DNA of 64,000 bases. Origin: Tricharina praecox (Eukaryota). Position numbers and translations under genes: made by a program. A model generated the notes under the pieces. It made no database searches. It was not told the DNA's origin and saw only the letters and a program-made list of their open reading frames with translations. Position 1 is the stretch's first letter. Each line of letters begins with the position of its first letter. Below, one piece after another: positions 39,605 through 52,077 of the stretch. The stretch is from assembly GCF_024521635.1 (NCBI RefSeq), contig NW_026250405.1, forward strand, positions 930,001-994,000, in the 5' to 3' direction.

Positions 39605-41734
39605 GTACGGATACCCATATTCGAGCAGTTATCCGCCGGCGCGCATGAAACGTCACTCGAGCGTGTGAGGAATATCTGCCCGCCCGCCCAGGCCCGCCGC
39701 CGCCGAGGTCGAAGTGCGCTGGCGTCCAACCCGAGTGACTGCTTATGCGATGGTCCGCATCTGCATCCAGTCGATCCTGCATCGGGAGCTTCCGGCCCCT
39801 CTCCTCGCCGCGCCGGGTGCTTCCTCCTCCTCGTCTTCCGCGGACCATCCACGCACCGAAGTTGTGATATCCCTTTCTGCAGCCCAAATGTGAATGAATT
39901 CGAAGCCCATACTTCTTATACTCTAGGCCACGCACCCGGCACCTCACTATGTAGTTAGCCCGCATTTTCGTCCCTCCTCCTCGTCCGTCCACCGCAACTT
40001 CTAGACCACTCTCTTCCCTTCCTCGCATTTCCCTCCGAACGCAAAGCATCTGCACACGTCCGCTGGCCCTCATGCACGAATAACTTCTGCTGCCTACTAG
40101 TAGTCCTATCTAAGCTGCCTCCTCCAGTAGTGTTCGCCCCCACCCTACGTCCACGTTCTTATCGCTGGCGTCCATCGGACGTTTCTACGTGTGATCTGTG
40201 CTTTTTGCCTGCCACGTCCGTCGGCCTTCAGGGACGTAGATCCCGCGCGGCTAATGCACGTACCTACCTACTGTACTCTAATCAGGTCAGCAGTAATATC
40301 GGTATATACTTTACGTACGTACGTACGATAGATACAGAACTTCATTGCCATGTAGAGTACTCTACATACAAAGTACCTACCGAGAAGACTTCGGCTTGCT
40401 GAACTCGGCGCGATGATGACGCTGGGCGGGGCGGGGTGGGTGGGGGCTGGAGCGGAGGTTATACATCAGTAGCGGGATGCGGTTTGCGGAGGAGATGGCT
40501 GTTTGTACGTGCAGTGTTTGTTCTCGCTGGCGGGGAGTGGGGAATTGTATGTAGTAGCTGTTTAGCTGTACCGCGGTTGGCGCAGGCTGTCGTCCCATCG
40601 TGGGCGATTGGGGGGGTTTAAACTTTCTTCGGGAGATTTATTTATTTTTATCTTTTTTATTTTATCTTCTTCCATTCCTTCGATCCAGCCAGCCAGCCAG
40701 CCATAATTTTCGGATTGCCGACAGCTCCGCCCAGGAGGCAGGAAGCGTATCGTAGACTCGTAGGTATGTAGACTGCCACACACGAGAGGGTCCGACGGAC
40801 GGAATGGAATGGTATCATACCCACCCACCTACCCCGGCCCCCGGACAGAGGTGCTTATGTAGACATGGGGATATCGGAGTACCTTGTGTATTGTACCTAC
40901 TGTACTCTACTGTACTCCACTCTACCGCCACTAGGTCCGGGATGCGGGATGCGGGATATGGGATGCGGGATATGGGATGCACGGGATGCGGAATGCGGGA
41001 TGGATGCGGGATCCTCTAGGCTCTAGCTGCCGGCACATACATACATCGGACGGTGTACGATGGGGCGGTATGGTATGTTTTTTCGGCATTTGCGAAGGCG
41101 GGTTATAGTTACCGGTGGTATAGATTGCGACCGTTCGCCCCGTTATATGTGCCGTGCCGGCGCGGGGGTGTGTGATTCCAGGAGGGGCCGGTTTGAAGGG
41201 AGTAGTGATGTTGTATGACTCCTTACTTGCGCTGGGGGGCGGGGCGGGAGGGCCGGGCTGGAGGGAGTAACTACTGGTAGTGATATTGTGTGATTCCGAT
41301 TCGGGAATTGGTCGGGACTCGGGATCGGAGGGATTTCGGGTACGGTACTGTGCTGGTGGATACTAGTTAGCGCTCTTGGATGCCGTGTGTGTATGTAGCA
41401 TTGCTCAAAGTTGTCGATGGAAATTCGGGTTTTATAGGTATCATGTGTGAGAGCTTGTGAGGGGGGCTGGGCTTCAGAATGGTGTTGGAAATTGTGGCTA
41501 CCTATTCGCATATCCTCCGCTGTGACTGACAGTGTCTGTTCACGGCCTCGGTCTCCGCAACAGTGGCTACGAAAGTCCTCGCTCCTCGATCCGCTGGTAG
41601 TTTGTGCTTGTTTATCACTACGTACGGCGCTGAATAGGCCATGAATGCTTTGTGCCAGCTGGGCCTATTGATACATAAAGATGTTTTATGGTTAATATCA
41701 TAATTCTTCGTACATACTGGCCGCTGCACAAGAT

Positions 41735-42259
41735 TCACACATCCGCATCCTCTCCATCCTCTCCCTCCTTCTCCTCCTCCGCATCCTCTTCAATCTTCGC
41801 CCTCTTCGCGCCCCTCCCACTACCAGTGGCAGCAATCTTCTTCCCATCCACCCCACTCTCCTTCTTGATATTCTCACACCACCTCTTGGCCCCGACCTTC
41901 CCCAGCTCCCTGATGCCCTCCCTCCCCCTGCGCAACTCGGTGTACCTAGCAGCGACACACCACCACTTCTCCCTGCCCGTCTCGACCTCATCCAGGGCGC
42001 GATCCAGCAGCGCGCGCTCCTTAGTACTCAACGGCTCGCCGCTCGAGACATCGTCGAACTTTAGGAACCGCTGGAAGCGCATCCGCACGGCGTTCGCCGT
42101 CAGCCCACCGCCGAGAGAGTCGGCGATGTCGGACCAGCGAGTTCGTGGGACAGAAGAGTATAGCCGGAGAAGATGCGCGTCTTCGGAGGGTGTCCACGTG
42201 TGGCCCCAAACACACCCTCGGCTCGTGGTGACTTCCCCTAGGCTCGATTTTTCGGCCAT
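41735..42259 (-). CDS. Small Myb/SANT-like domain protein (paralog A), ~174 aa; start uncertain
   Basis: TWTPSEDAHLLRL...WSDIADSLGGGLTANAVRMRF Myb signature, basic KRAK stretch, acidic tail. Aligns with the gene at 43124. Confidence 0.75.
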   Translation of the reverse strand: MAEKSSLGEVTTSRGCVWGHTWTPSEDAHLLRLYSSVPRTRWSDIADSLGGGLTANAVRMRFQRFLKFDDVSSGEPLSTKERALLDRALDEVETGREKWWCVAARYTELRRGREGIRELGKVGAKRWCENIKKESGVDGKKIAATGSGRGAKRAKIEEDAEEEKEGEDGEDADV

Positions 42260-43123
42260 TCCATCAAACCTGCACTTATGGTGGGGTCGGAGGGTGTCCA
42301 CTGACGGGACGATCGGAAACTAGGAACGTGGAAGCTGGAATGCGGGGGACCTACCTATGTACATCGAGGGGGACACTAGCGGGGGAGGGGACCTGGGTAA
42401 GCAAACCACCTAGGCTTAGAGCATGGTGATCCTACCAGGGGAGGTCGCGGAGGATGTCATCTCGTGGGTATTGAGCAGGTTTGCTTGCTCCCAGGATAGA
42501 GATAGACACCTGTTGGTGTGATAACGGGAAAATGATGACCCGACTAGGTAAACGGAATATCACCCCTCGGTTTGATATTATATCTTCTCGCTTGTGATGG
42601 GCAGTACATTGGATTGCGGAAATCCAGAAGCCGGAGTGTAGTTACTACTCGGATCCCACTATCTGAGAAGACGGGTGGACGGCAGGAGCTCTGCACCTAG
42701 ACCGCTTTCGAGGACGAAGATGTCTCCGCCTGTGGTTTGTAGGCATGTTTGTCTGCTTCCAGGGTGAAAACGGAAGACCTGGAGAGGATGGAAAGAGGTG
42801 TATAGCGAGAAAGCGTGCCCTTGTGGTTTCATCTAATATCCACCGGCTTCTGATTGTAGTGTTCCAGAAAGCGGGAAGGAACGATTGCGTTTTCATGCCG
42901 AAGAGGTCCCGCCCGTTCCTGTTGTGTGGAACCGCAGATGGATGGATTGATGGAGAGATATAGCATCTTCTAGGCGAGGCGACCAGTAGAATTCCCCAGA
43001 ACCTCTGTCCAGCTGAAGCCGCGTATCGCCAGGTATATAAGAGCCCCCCTTCTCCTCGTCGTATTCACTTATTCTCACCGACACACCCAGCCACTCACCA
43101 CACATATATCCTCACAAACAAAC

Positions 43124-43627
43124 ATGGCGCCCAAATCCCGCCCCTGGACGCCCGACGAAGACGCTATAATCCGGCGGCTGCGGCGGCTCAATCCACCCGC
43201 GACCTGGAGCGCAGTAGCCGGCGCAGTCAACGAGCTCCCGTTGAGCGAGCGAACGGCCATGATGATCAAAAACCGCTGGCACAACTATCTCAAGCAGGTG
43301 GAGGTCGCGTCTGTTGGCGAGCCGTTGAACGCGCGCGAGAAGGAGTGGCTGAGGCGCGCGGTGAACGAGCTCGATGTCGGCATTGGCAGGTGATGGTTCG
43401 TCACCGCGAGGTATAATGAGCTGAGGAAGGGCCGCGAAGCAGAGGCGAGGGAGATGGGGAAGGCCGCAGTGAAGTTGTCGTGGGAGGCTATAGAGAAGGA
43501 GAATGGGAATGACGTGGCGGTGGAGCCGGTGAAGGCGAGGGGCGGAGGTGCGCAGGCGGGGTCGCCAGTGAAAAGGAGGAAGGCTGCACCGCAGATGGAT
43601 GATTCCGAAGAGAGCACGGAGGCTTAG
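43124..43627 (+). pseudogene. Myb/SANT-like paralog B with in-frame TGA at 43391-43393 (pseudogene, recoded gene, or truncated 89-aa product)
   Basis: PWTPDEDAIIRRL...WSAVA...RTAMMIKNRWHNYL. The frame continues after TGA with homology to paralog A until TAG at 43625-43627. TATATAA lies about 90 bp upstream. Confidence 0.7.
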
Positions 43628-43816
43628 TCGGCGGAGTTGGGTATTGAGGAGGATATGCACAGCAGCGAGTAACTAGTTGGATCACGGCTGGCGCAGTATT
43701 CAGGTTAACCATATTCTCACACGGGATTCAAGACAGGTGTGTATAGCAAATATATGCAGCATCGTATGTACGATATAATTACAATATACCTACTGCCACC
43801 GCCACAATCATTTCCC

Positions 43817-44231
43817 TTATGTAGCAGCAGTAGCAGTAGCAGTAGCAGTAGCAGCAGTATTTTCAACCCTCTCCATCCCCGATCCCGTGCCCACCTCCGC
43901 CGACGGCGGCGCCCCATACCGCTCGCGCATGGCGCGGTACTTCTTGAGGTAGTACAGCGCCTCGATCTCGCGCTTCACGAACTCGGCCCGCTCAATTCCG
44001 TCGCGGATCTGCTGCTCGTCTTGCAGGCCTGCCTGCGACATGAAGGCGCCGTGCAGGCGCGGCTGGAAGTACGCGTAGCCGAGGGGATAGTCGCGGCCGA
44101 GGTACAGCTGGTTCATGGCTTTAGCTTTCTGCTTCTGCTTCTGGTGGTTGTGATGGAGAATATTAGGACGGGGGGCACACGAGATCTTTGTAAATGCGCT
44201 TCACTTGTGTACGGAGTTGTGATGCAGTCAT
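43817..44231 (-). CDS. ETFRF1: LYR-motif protein, LYRM5/ETFRF1 type, ~113 aa; exons 44231-44181, 44107-43817
   Basis: Spliced product [31 protein letters not shown]...[18 protein letters not shown] matches the LYRM5 pattern as I recall it. Confidence 0.88.
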
Positions 44232-44522
44232 TTCGTGGGAGGCTGTGTGGGGAAGGTGGAGAAGTTGTGGAGTTTTGGGCAAGGTGATGGATGGGATGGG
44301 TGATGAATGAAGTTGTACATAGAGTAGCGATGACGTCGGCTGTGGAGTCTGGACTCTGGAGACGCGCGGGATGGCCGGACGATCACATAGAAACGATGTT
44401 ATGCAAGGGTTCCCATCACAATCTATTACTAGCTATCCTAATACCTGTCCAAGCTACCAAGCCAAACCAAAACATCACCACGATTATCAATCTTCCACTG
44501 TTACTACCATACTCTCGAGACC

Positions 44523-46239
44523 CTAGGCGGCGCTTGCGCTGGGTGAAACGGGGACGGGGCCTTGGACGACCAGCGGCTTCTCCTTGGACAGGTGCGCTAT
44601 GCTCTCGTCCGACAGGTGAATGGTGTCCTTCAAGACTTGGGGCGGGGTCAATCCGAGCCTATCACGATCTCTATTAGCCAAGCACACAGAAGAGAAAGAA
44701 AAGAGGAACGGCATACCATTGTCCAGCCGAGATATCCGTAAACTTCTTCTGCTTCAACACCTCCAGCAGGATCACATCCTCGGTACCGATGTTCTGGATG
44801 TAATGACTGCACGCCTGCGGGACGTAACCGACATCTCCGGGGTTGAAGTCGAAAGTCCTCGCACTGCCCGGAGCGACGTAGACCGACATGCGGGCGTGTC
44901 CCTGGATGAAGTAGCTCCACTCATCGGAGCTGGGGTGCCAATGAACCTCGCGGATAGCTCCGGGCTTGATCGTGACCAATGCTGTGCTGAAGTCCGTAGC
45001 GATGGGGAACGTGTTGGTATCGAGGATCTTAACGGAGCCGCCGGGAACCTCGAGGGGCTCCTGTTCAGACCAGTGGAAACTGTACGAGTCGACGTTGGGG
45101 ATAACGCCGGCTGGGCCGGTGATGTTTTGTGCTTGGATGTCCGCTGGGGCTTCGGTACCGTTGAAGATGAAGAGGTTGCCTTCCGGGAGATTGGCGAAAG
45201 CCGATGAGGGGAGGTCGAGTTGCTTCTCCCAAACATCGGTGGGTGTTCGGGCCATCATCTGCGATACAAGGAAGGTCTGGAATTGTCAGCTGGCTGCCAC
45301 TGGCATAGGGGTGGAGGAAGCGACTTACTTCATCTTCCGAGAAGTTGCCGTCGTCGAAGATCAGAAGGAACTCGGTGCCGTTCTCGAGACCTTGGATGTA
45401 ATGCGGGATTCCGGGAGGGAAGAACCAGACGTCTAGGCTTCAATCAGCTTCCGTCTCCATCAACATCGCTTGGGGGGGACATCGTAGACATACCTCCTTT
45501 CTTAACGTCGTCGATAAACGTTTCACCCTTCTCATTGATGGCCTGAATGCGGGCACCTCCAGCGATGATATACGCCCACTCTCCGGACGTGTGCCAATGC
45601 ATCTCACGATATGCACCAGCTTCCAGTCTCTGCTTTTTATTAGCCCGTATCACCCTTGTATCACGGAGGAGCCAGACGAACCATATCAACACCAGCAAAC
45701 TGCTTCGCCGCCGGCATGACGCCAATGTTCTGCTGACGACTCCATCCCGCTCTGTTGAGACCGAGCTTGACATGGCTCAAATCCATGGGCCAACTGAGCT
45801 GCGGGACATCACCTATATCACCACCCTGTCAGCCTCAAAACTCCTCTCCCGGCCCCCTTCCTACGATAGGTGAGTACATACCAGTATCACTCTGCGGTGG
45901 AGCCAAGATATCAGGGTGAGTCCTGTCGATTTCCGGCTGCTTGGGGCCCGGGTCGGTTCCGCCCTTGGTACCACGAATCGGCTGTGGCGTGGGCACGCTG
46001 CTGAAGTCAAACGCCACACCATCTTTGTCGCTCGCCTGCAGCGGGGCGTAGACGATCTCGTCCTCGGGGATAGTCGTGTCCTCGGTGGCCACGGGGAAGG
46101 TAGCATCATTGCCACGCAGGGAAGTCGGGCCCAGGAGCGAGCCAGAGATGGCGAATGTGCGAGTGGGAACCGGCTGCTCGCTGTCGATGGGAGCAGCTAC
46201 GGCACAGACGGCCAGGGCAAGGAGGCTGAGGAATTGCAT
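44523..46239 (-). CDS. oxdC: Secreted oxalate decarboxylase (Mn bicupin), ~474 aa; exons 46239-45882, 45812-45682, 45629-45494, 45432-45329, 45276-44717, 44658-44523
   Basis: Signal peptide [17 protein letters not shown]; two cupin motifs REMHWH..GEW and [12 protein letters not shown], each with HYIQ; lid [12 protein letters not shown] retains the Glu. Spliced length 1425 nt is in frame. Confidence 0.95.
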
Positions 46240-48608
46240 GTTTGCGATGATGGCTGGTGGATAGAGAGGGGTAAACACTGAGGATGCAAGAGAGGCTTTA
46301 TACCGCTTTACGTGGACTTGCGGTCCTCTGTTGAGTTAACTGGCCACTTACTTCGCACACCAGTCCGGCCCGAAGAACTATCGCGAGCTTCCTGACTGGA
46401 GTGTGATTTTTTTTGATTAGATGGATTGTTCCCAAGCGATCCCACATACTCATCCTCATCCGCATATCCATCTGCATGGTGATATTAAACATTCACCCTC
46501 CATCCTCCTCCGTGATGTATGACGTCTATCACTCACAATATCCACATCGGGAAAGTCCAGTGTACGTACCCCATGCCGTGACCTGGATAGTCATCTCAGC
46601 GTTCACATGGACATTAACCAGCCGCACTTCCCGTGTACGCGAGAGGGATCGCGAGGAACTTGGACCACTCGCACCGCGACTGAACGCCCGTCCGTTGGTC
46701 TCGTCCGTGCACCTAACGTAAATCAAACTGCCGAGGCTGAAGTCGAGACTCCAAAGCAGGAGACGGAGTCCAGACAAAGACTGATCAAGACCGGGGAATG
46801 GAGCTCGCGATTACTATTCGCGCATCTAGAGTACGGTGGTTAGAGTACGACCTGCCAACCACGCGAGCGGAAGTCTGCAGGCTCACATCATCTTCCCGTC
46901 GCCGCCGTCCCAGATCACGGAACGCACTGCACTTCACTGCACTGCACTGCGGGAGACACGAATCATGCCTTGCCAAGAGATCTGGCCGCTTTCCATAGGA
47001 TAAGAAATCGCTAAACCAAGAAACCTTAACGATCCACGTGGAGTCAGCGCCGGGCCTTCCGCTGCACTCGTAGGATGGCGATTGTGTTACCTGTAGGGAC
47101 GCTTCCAACCGGCGCAAGTGGAGTAAGTACAAGGTATGATACCTATTACCTACTCCAAGTCGCATGCACGGCTAACTCGGCTTATCCATACCCATATCCT
47201 CGTCACGGGCCGGCCGGGAGCGAAGTTGCGGGGGATACCACTCCCCTCTGGTCTTCCTACGGCTGGAGAGGGGCGGTACACCTCGATGGCTACCCCGGCA
47301 GGTTCGGATAGCGGCTGACCCGATCTGGGAATACCTTCATGGGCGTCGAACTGCCGGCCTGCCTGTTGGGTTAGCGATCTGAATGGGGGGGGGGCTGTGT
47401 TCTGTGTTCATCCGCTTCCTATCTATCCCCGGACGGGCCGGAGCTACTGAATCCGAGCTCGGGTGTCTGTCTGGGGGATCCGCGTCACTCTCACGAGAGT
47501 CGGGAGGCCGTGACCCAATCGAAGTCCGTCCGGTACGATGTTTATTTGTCACTATACTATAGTAATCCACATCTCGGCACCCACGGCGGTCATCGATGTC
47601 CTTGCTGAGCGTTTTGTTTTATTGTTTTGTCTTGTCTTGTTTCGTTTTGACTCGGGCGCGATATCATCATCGCTGACTGTGAATTGAAGTAAACGGCGAG
47701 GAGAGGGGTCGTCGGGCTCCGGAATGTAGCCTTGACTCAGAACTGTCTCGCCCGTAGACTCGCCCAGCAAAGGGAAAGGGTGCGTAATCATGGAAGTACG
47801 GCACACATAGGTAGGATGATAACTATACACTAACCCGGGACAGGGTACTATGGCGTGTAGGATGGTAGTTAGCGGTAAGAACAAGCTTTCTGTGCCCCCC
47901 CCAGGAAGCGCTTAGGGGCGGGGGCTTGTGCAAGTTGTTAGCTCCAGGAAATGCACTGTGATTGTGATTGTGATTGTGATATGGAGATATCGCGATTCCG
48001 GTGCCTGCCTATTACTGTAGGATGCGGCACTTTATGGATCGATGGCAACATCGAAGAAGAGAAAGGCATGAGAATGAGTAACTCGGTACTATACTCCCAT
48101 CGTCGTTGCATTATTCCCTCCTATACTCGACATCCGAGATTCCCCCAGTATCCCTCCCAGGCTTATCATGAGCTGATAAAAAACTCCAGTCACGTACAGT
48201 AACCATTCTGATCGCGTCTCCCCTTTAATCCAGCACGTCCTACAGCCAGAGGTCTTCTTCCAACCGAGGCGAAGCTTTTTTTCACCCTCCAACGCTCGAA
48301 CCAGCTCTCCCACGTCCTTCCGCAATATCTTCAGTTCCTGACGATCCTTGAAGAATTGAAACTGGAGTTCGTCAATAATAGCTTTCCGCTGATATGTAGA
48401 TTATTCTCTGGGGTGTGGCCGCCACATCGTTGTGCCGATGAAACGGCGCCCCGCGGTCTTTCTGCGTATCGAAAGTGCCTAAGAATAAGTAAGGCTGCGG
48501 TTTCGGAGGGAATAGTTCAACAAGCAGCATCCATGGTGTGTAACACGGCTCGCTGTATGTATAAGTTATAACCATACCTGCCTGCCGCCATCTCCTCTGC
48601 GCCATTCC

Positions 48609-48765
48609 CAGTATACTTAAACTCGTACACTCCCCCTCTCCACATCCTCAGTGTACTTAACCCCGTACACTCCCCCTCTCCACATCCTCAGGAACGTCCC
48701 CTCGATCGTAACCCCGCAGCCTCAGCAGCCTCAGCAGCCTCAGCAGCCCCAACAGCCCCAACAGC
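48609..48765. repeat. 39-bp tandem duplication followed by a (CAGCCTCAG/CAGCCCCAA)n run
   Basis: CGTACACTCCCCCTCTCCACATCCTCAG occurs twice in tandem. Confidence 0.85.
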
Positions 48766-50004
48766 ACCGGTGCCAGTTCCGCCTAGAACTCCGCATCTTC
48801 GAGACCCTCACAACTCACGAGTCGCCGTACTGTTATATCTGGCACTCTACCAGGTCTACTCCAGTACGCAGCTCCCGGTGGAAACGACAACCACCTCCAG
48901 CCTCGGCGCGTTCAGCGAGCACCGCTCGTCTCTGCCGTAGGCCCGTACCTCGGCAGCGTGTGTACATGGTCGAGCTTCCGCAGGAAGTACATAGCGGCGT
49001 TTGTTGATGCCATACACTACGAGGTGCTTAGGGATACGGTGGATTTTGGGCAGAGGATTGGTGGTGGTCCGCTGGCATTGAGTGGGCTTGGTGGTGGGTA
49101 AGCTACGGTAGCAGCAGGAAGAGAAAGAATCACGGGATCAGAGAAATCAAGTGCATCGCATACATGAGATGGCGCTTTAGTTGCTACGTTGCTGGTGCCG
49201 GTTGGGTGAGTATGGTACATACCGGTATCGTTGACTGACTGACACCTATTCGGGTTGACTAATATGGCGGAGGGGTGTACCTAGACCATAGCTTGTCATG
49301 TTCTGGAATTTTATGGGCTATCGCTGGCCATCCCGTTCCAAGGCTTTGTCTGGTCGACATCTTCTAATAGTAAGCTAGAAGAGGCTTGACGGAGAAGTTG
49401 GCAGGTCAATTCATCGAGGAGGTTGTTGTGCACTAGTTATGAGACTTTGGCCCGGCAAATTGTTGGGCCTGAAGTGGGAAGCATAAGTCGAATAAGCATT
49501 TCAAGTACACAAATGGAGTCTTATACTCCAAGGTACACTGAATCTATTTTTCCTCTTCTAGGCTTGGCCCCGAAGCCTCTGAAATGAGGGGAAAGCACGC
49601 AATTTATCGGCTGGCTCCACAGTATATCACTCTTGGTACCTCGGTGGCGGTAGCAGAATCTTTGTAACCCTCCTAAAGGTTGAGCTTCTAGTCGTAGCTA
49701 TTCCATTTCGTCATAGTACTTTAGAATCAGAGCAACAAAGCCATGTGTCCGGTAACCGCATCCGCCGTGGCCCCAACACCTACACTTGTCTTTTCTTGCT
49801 GTGTGCGGCTGCCACCCAATGTCATCTCCTGACCATCCGTGCTCCAACCGGTTCCGAACCGGACCCTCAGAGCTCGGGATAGGTTCCTTCACCGCCTTTC
49901 TGTCTCTATGTATGGCCCATTGAATGAGTGAACTGAACAGAAGAAATCGCCGCAAGTAGTCGTCTTCGTTGTCGTGGAGGCTTCTATCATCATTCACCCT
50001 GATT

Positions 50005-50826
50005 CTACACCTCGACCACAAAATCCTTCCTGAACCCCGTGCCGCCCTCCCCGGTCGCCTCTCGTCCATTCCTCGAATACCCCCCCTGATTCGCCACAAT
50101 CCTAACCCCACTTGTCTCCTCCACAAAATCACACGACCAATGTGTATGGCCAAACGCCCACACCTTGACCTTCTCCCCGCCCTTCCACTCGTGCCATCCG
50201 GAACCGAGAATATTTGTCGAAAACGCACTCCGGAAGAGACTCGCATCAAACATCGGATTACTTGTGCCCAAAATTAGTGGCGCATGGTGCGTTGCAATGA
50301 CTACCCTCCGTCCTTCTTCGACCTTCGCCAGCTCCTCCCGCAGCCACCCCAGATCCGCCGCGTGCTCCTGCATGTACTCCTTGGGCCCCCACTCCTTCAC
50401 AAGATGGAAATCGTTCAGGCCCATGGCGATGCGCGCGGTTGCCGCGGGGTCTAGAGATGAGTGCAGTGTGCACCCGAGGATCGTTACGTCGCCGATGTCG
50501 ACACGGCGGCGGTGCAGCACCGTCACCTTCCCGTCAAGCGCCTTTTCCAGCTCCACGGCGGCGACCAGCCCCTCCGAGCGGGAGAAGCGGTAGAACTCGT
50601 GGTTCCCGAGTACGAGGAAGACATGCTCGAAGTCCCGTGCGACGCGCTTAAGGAACGGGATGAAGAGCGACGCTTGGATGAGCAGGCCGATGTCGCCGGC
50701 GAGGAGGAGGTACGGCGCGTGCGCGGGAATCTGGTAGCTCTCGTACTGGTGGCTGTTTGGTGGCAACCCGAACTCGAGGTGTAGGTCCGACAGGATTTGG
50801 AGGCGGAATGGGGGTTGCGAAGTCAT
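50005..50826 (-). CDS. Calcineurin-like metallophosphoesterase, ~273 aa
   Basis: All five motifs present: SDLHLE, LAGDIG, LGNHEFY, ATHHAP, FGHTH. Confidence 0.92.
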   Translation of the reverse strand: MTSQPPFRLQILSDLHLEFGLPPNSHQYESYQIPAHAPYLLLAGDIGLLIQASLFIPFLKRVARDFEHVFLVLGNHEFYRFSRSEGLVAAVELEKALDGKVTVLHRRRVDIGDVTILGCTLHSSLDPAATARIAMGLNDFHLVKEWGPKEYMQEHAADLGWLREELAKVEEGRRVVIATHHAPLILGTSNPMFDASLFRSAFSTNILGSGWHEWKGGEKVKVWAFGHTHWSCDFVEETSGVRIVANQGGYSRNGREATGEGGTGFRKDFVVEV

Positions 50827-52077
50827 CGAGAGAGGTACGGGGGATAGTAGGCGGACTGTGACGGGCTTATACCCCGCTGAGGGGCGGGGCACTGGGGTGG
50901 CAAGCGAGTGAGGTGGGGAGCTGATGTTGGCGCTCGGTAGTTGCCGAGACCGGCGTCTAGGTGCCGGATGCTGCCTGTAACGAGTGAGATTCAGTGATCT
51001 CATCCAAGGGGGAGGGGCGGTAAAAGACTTTGTGCGGATGCGCATGGCTGTTACTTCTTCTCTCACTCGTTGCACATAATTTCGGCTCGTGGTCGGTCCT
51101 TTGGAATGCCATTTCATCAAGCGAAGAGCCTAAGCTTGGAACTCGGAACTTGAACTGCAGCCTTTCGGATCACTGCAAGTACCTATCGGCAACTGGAGAA
51201 ACCGCGAATCAGTACGAAAGAGTGCCGTGTAAGGAAATTCTGCAGTCACACCATATTCCCGACAAATGATTTAAACTTTTAACTCGAGTATATCTGTCCT
51301 CGGCGATTCTTCGTTTTCGTATCTATCTCTATTATAAGCGTAAAGCGTAGGTACAGGATCTCTATTTTATTCGCAGGGTTTCGCGGAAGCAAAATTACAT
51401 GTACTCCTCTGACATGCGTTACCTGGGCAATCTGTACATGTGTGGTTGTGGTTGGACTGCAGTCACCACTCAGCTTCACCTGCAGCGGAACGGTTGGACT
51501 TGTTACAACTCGGCTGGGGCGCTCACATTAGGAGCCGCTCATTGCAAATCACTCACTCCTTCAATTCTGGCCCTCTTATTTGCTGCCTCGGAAGTAGCCG
51601 CAGAGCCGCTGCCCGGTGGCCGCAAGGCATATCTGCATGGACCAGTGGTAGAATATGCTTGGTAGCACATGGGCTTAGTAAAGAACAAAAAATAATTCCT
51701 AGATCCTGGTGCCCCTCCCTCAGCAAGATAACCTTCGAACCCCGAACTCTCTTCCCTCCTCCTCCTCATACCGCCTCTCACCTCAACACAGGGTCCTTCT
51801 TCCCTTCCCCCGAACGAAACAAGTCGTTCGTCGCTCAAGTCTTTTTCAAAGACACATCTCCACTCAGTGCTACTATCTGTCTCTTTTTTTTTTTTTACGA
51901 CTACGACTTTCCCGGTTTCTCTCTTTTTGACAACTTTTCCGTTGCTTTGCTCCTTAGAATTTTCAGCTCCTTTTACTTCAAGTTACTCCTCGTTCAGACC
52001 AGTCAGCCGTTTCAGCTCAGCTCCTCATTTCGCTCACGACCATACTCGATATCACCAAACCCCCTCAGACCGCATTA

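Noticed and set aside
39974..40000. KLRWTDEEE on the minus strand as a third Myb copy
   Set aside because: Only nine codons, flanked by stops, with no usable donor or continuing homology.
48089..49700. Possible decayed gene or transposon fragments
   Set aside because: Short coding-like patches, but no recognisable motif, terminal repeats or consistent frame.
50827..51120. 98-aa N-terminal extension of the metallophosphoesterase
   Set aside because: The domain begins right after the ATG at 50826; the extension shows no supportable features.
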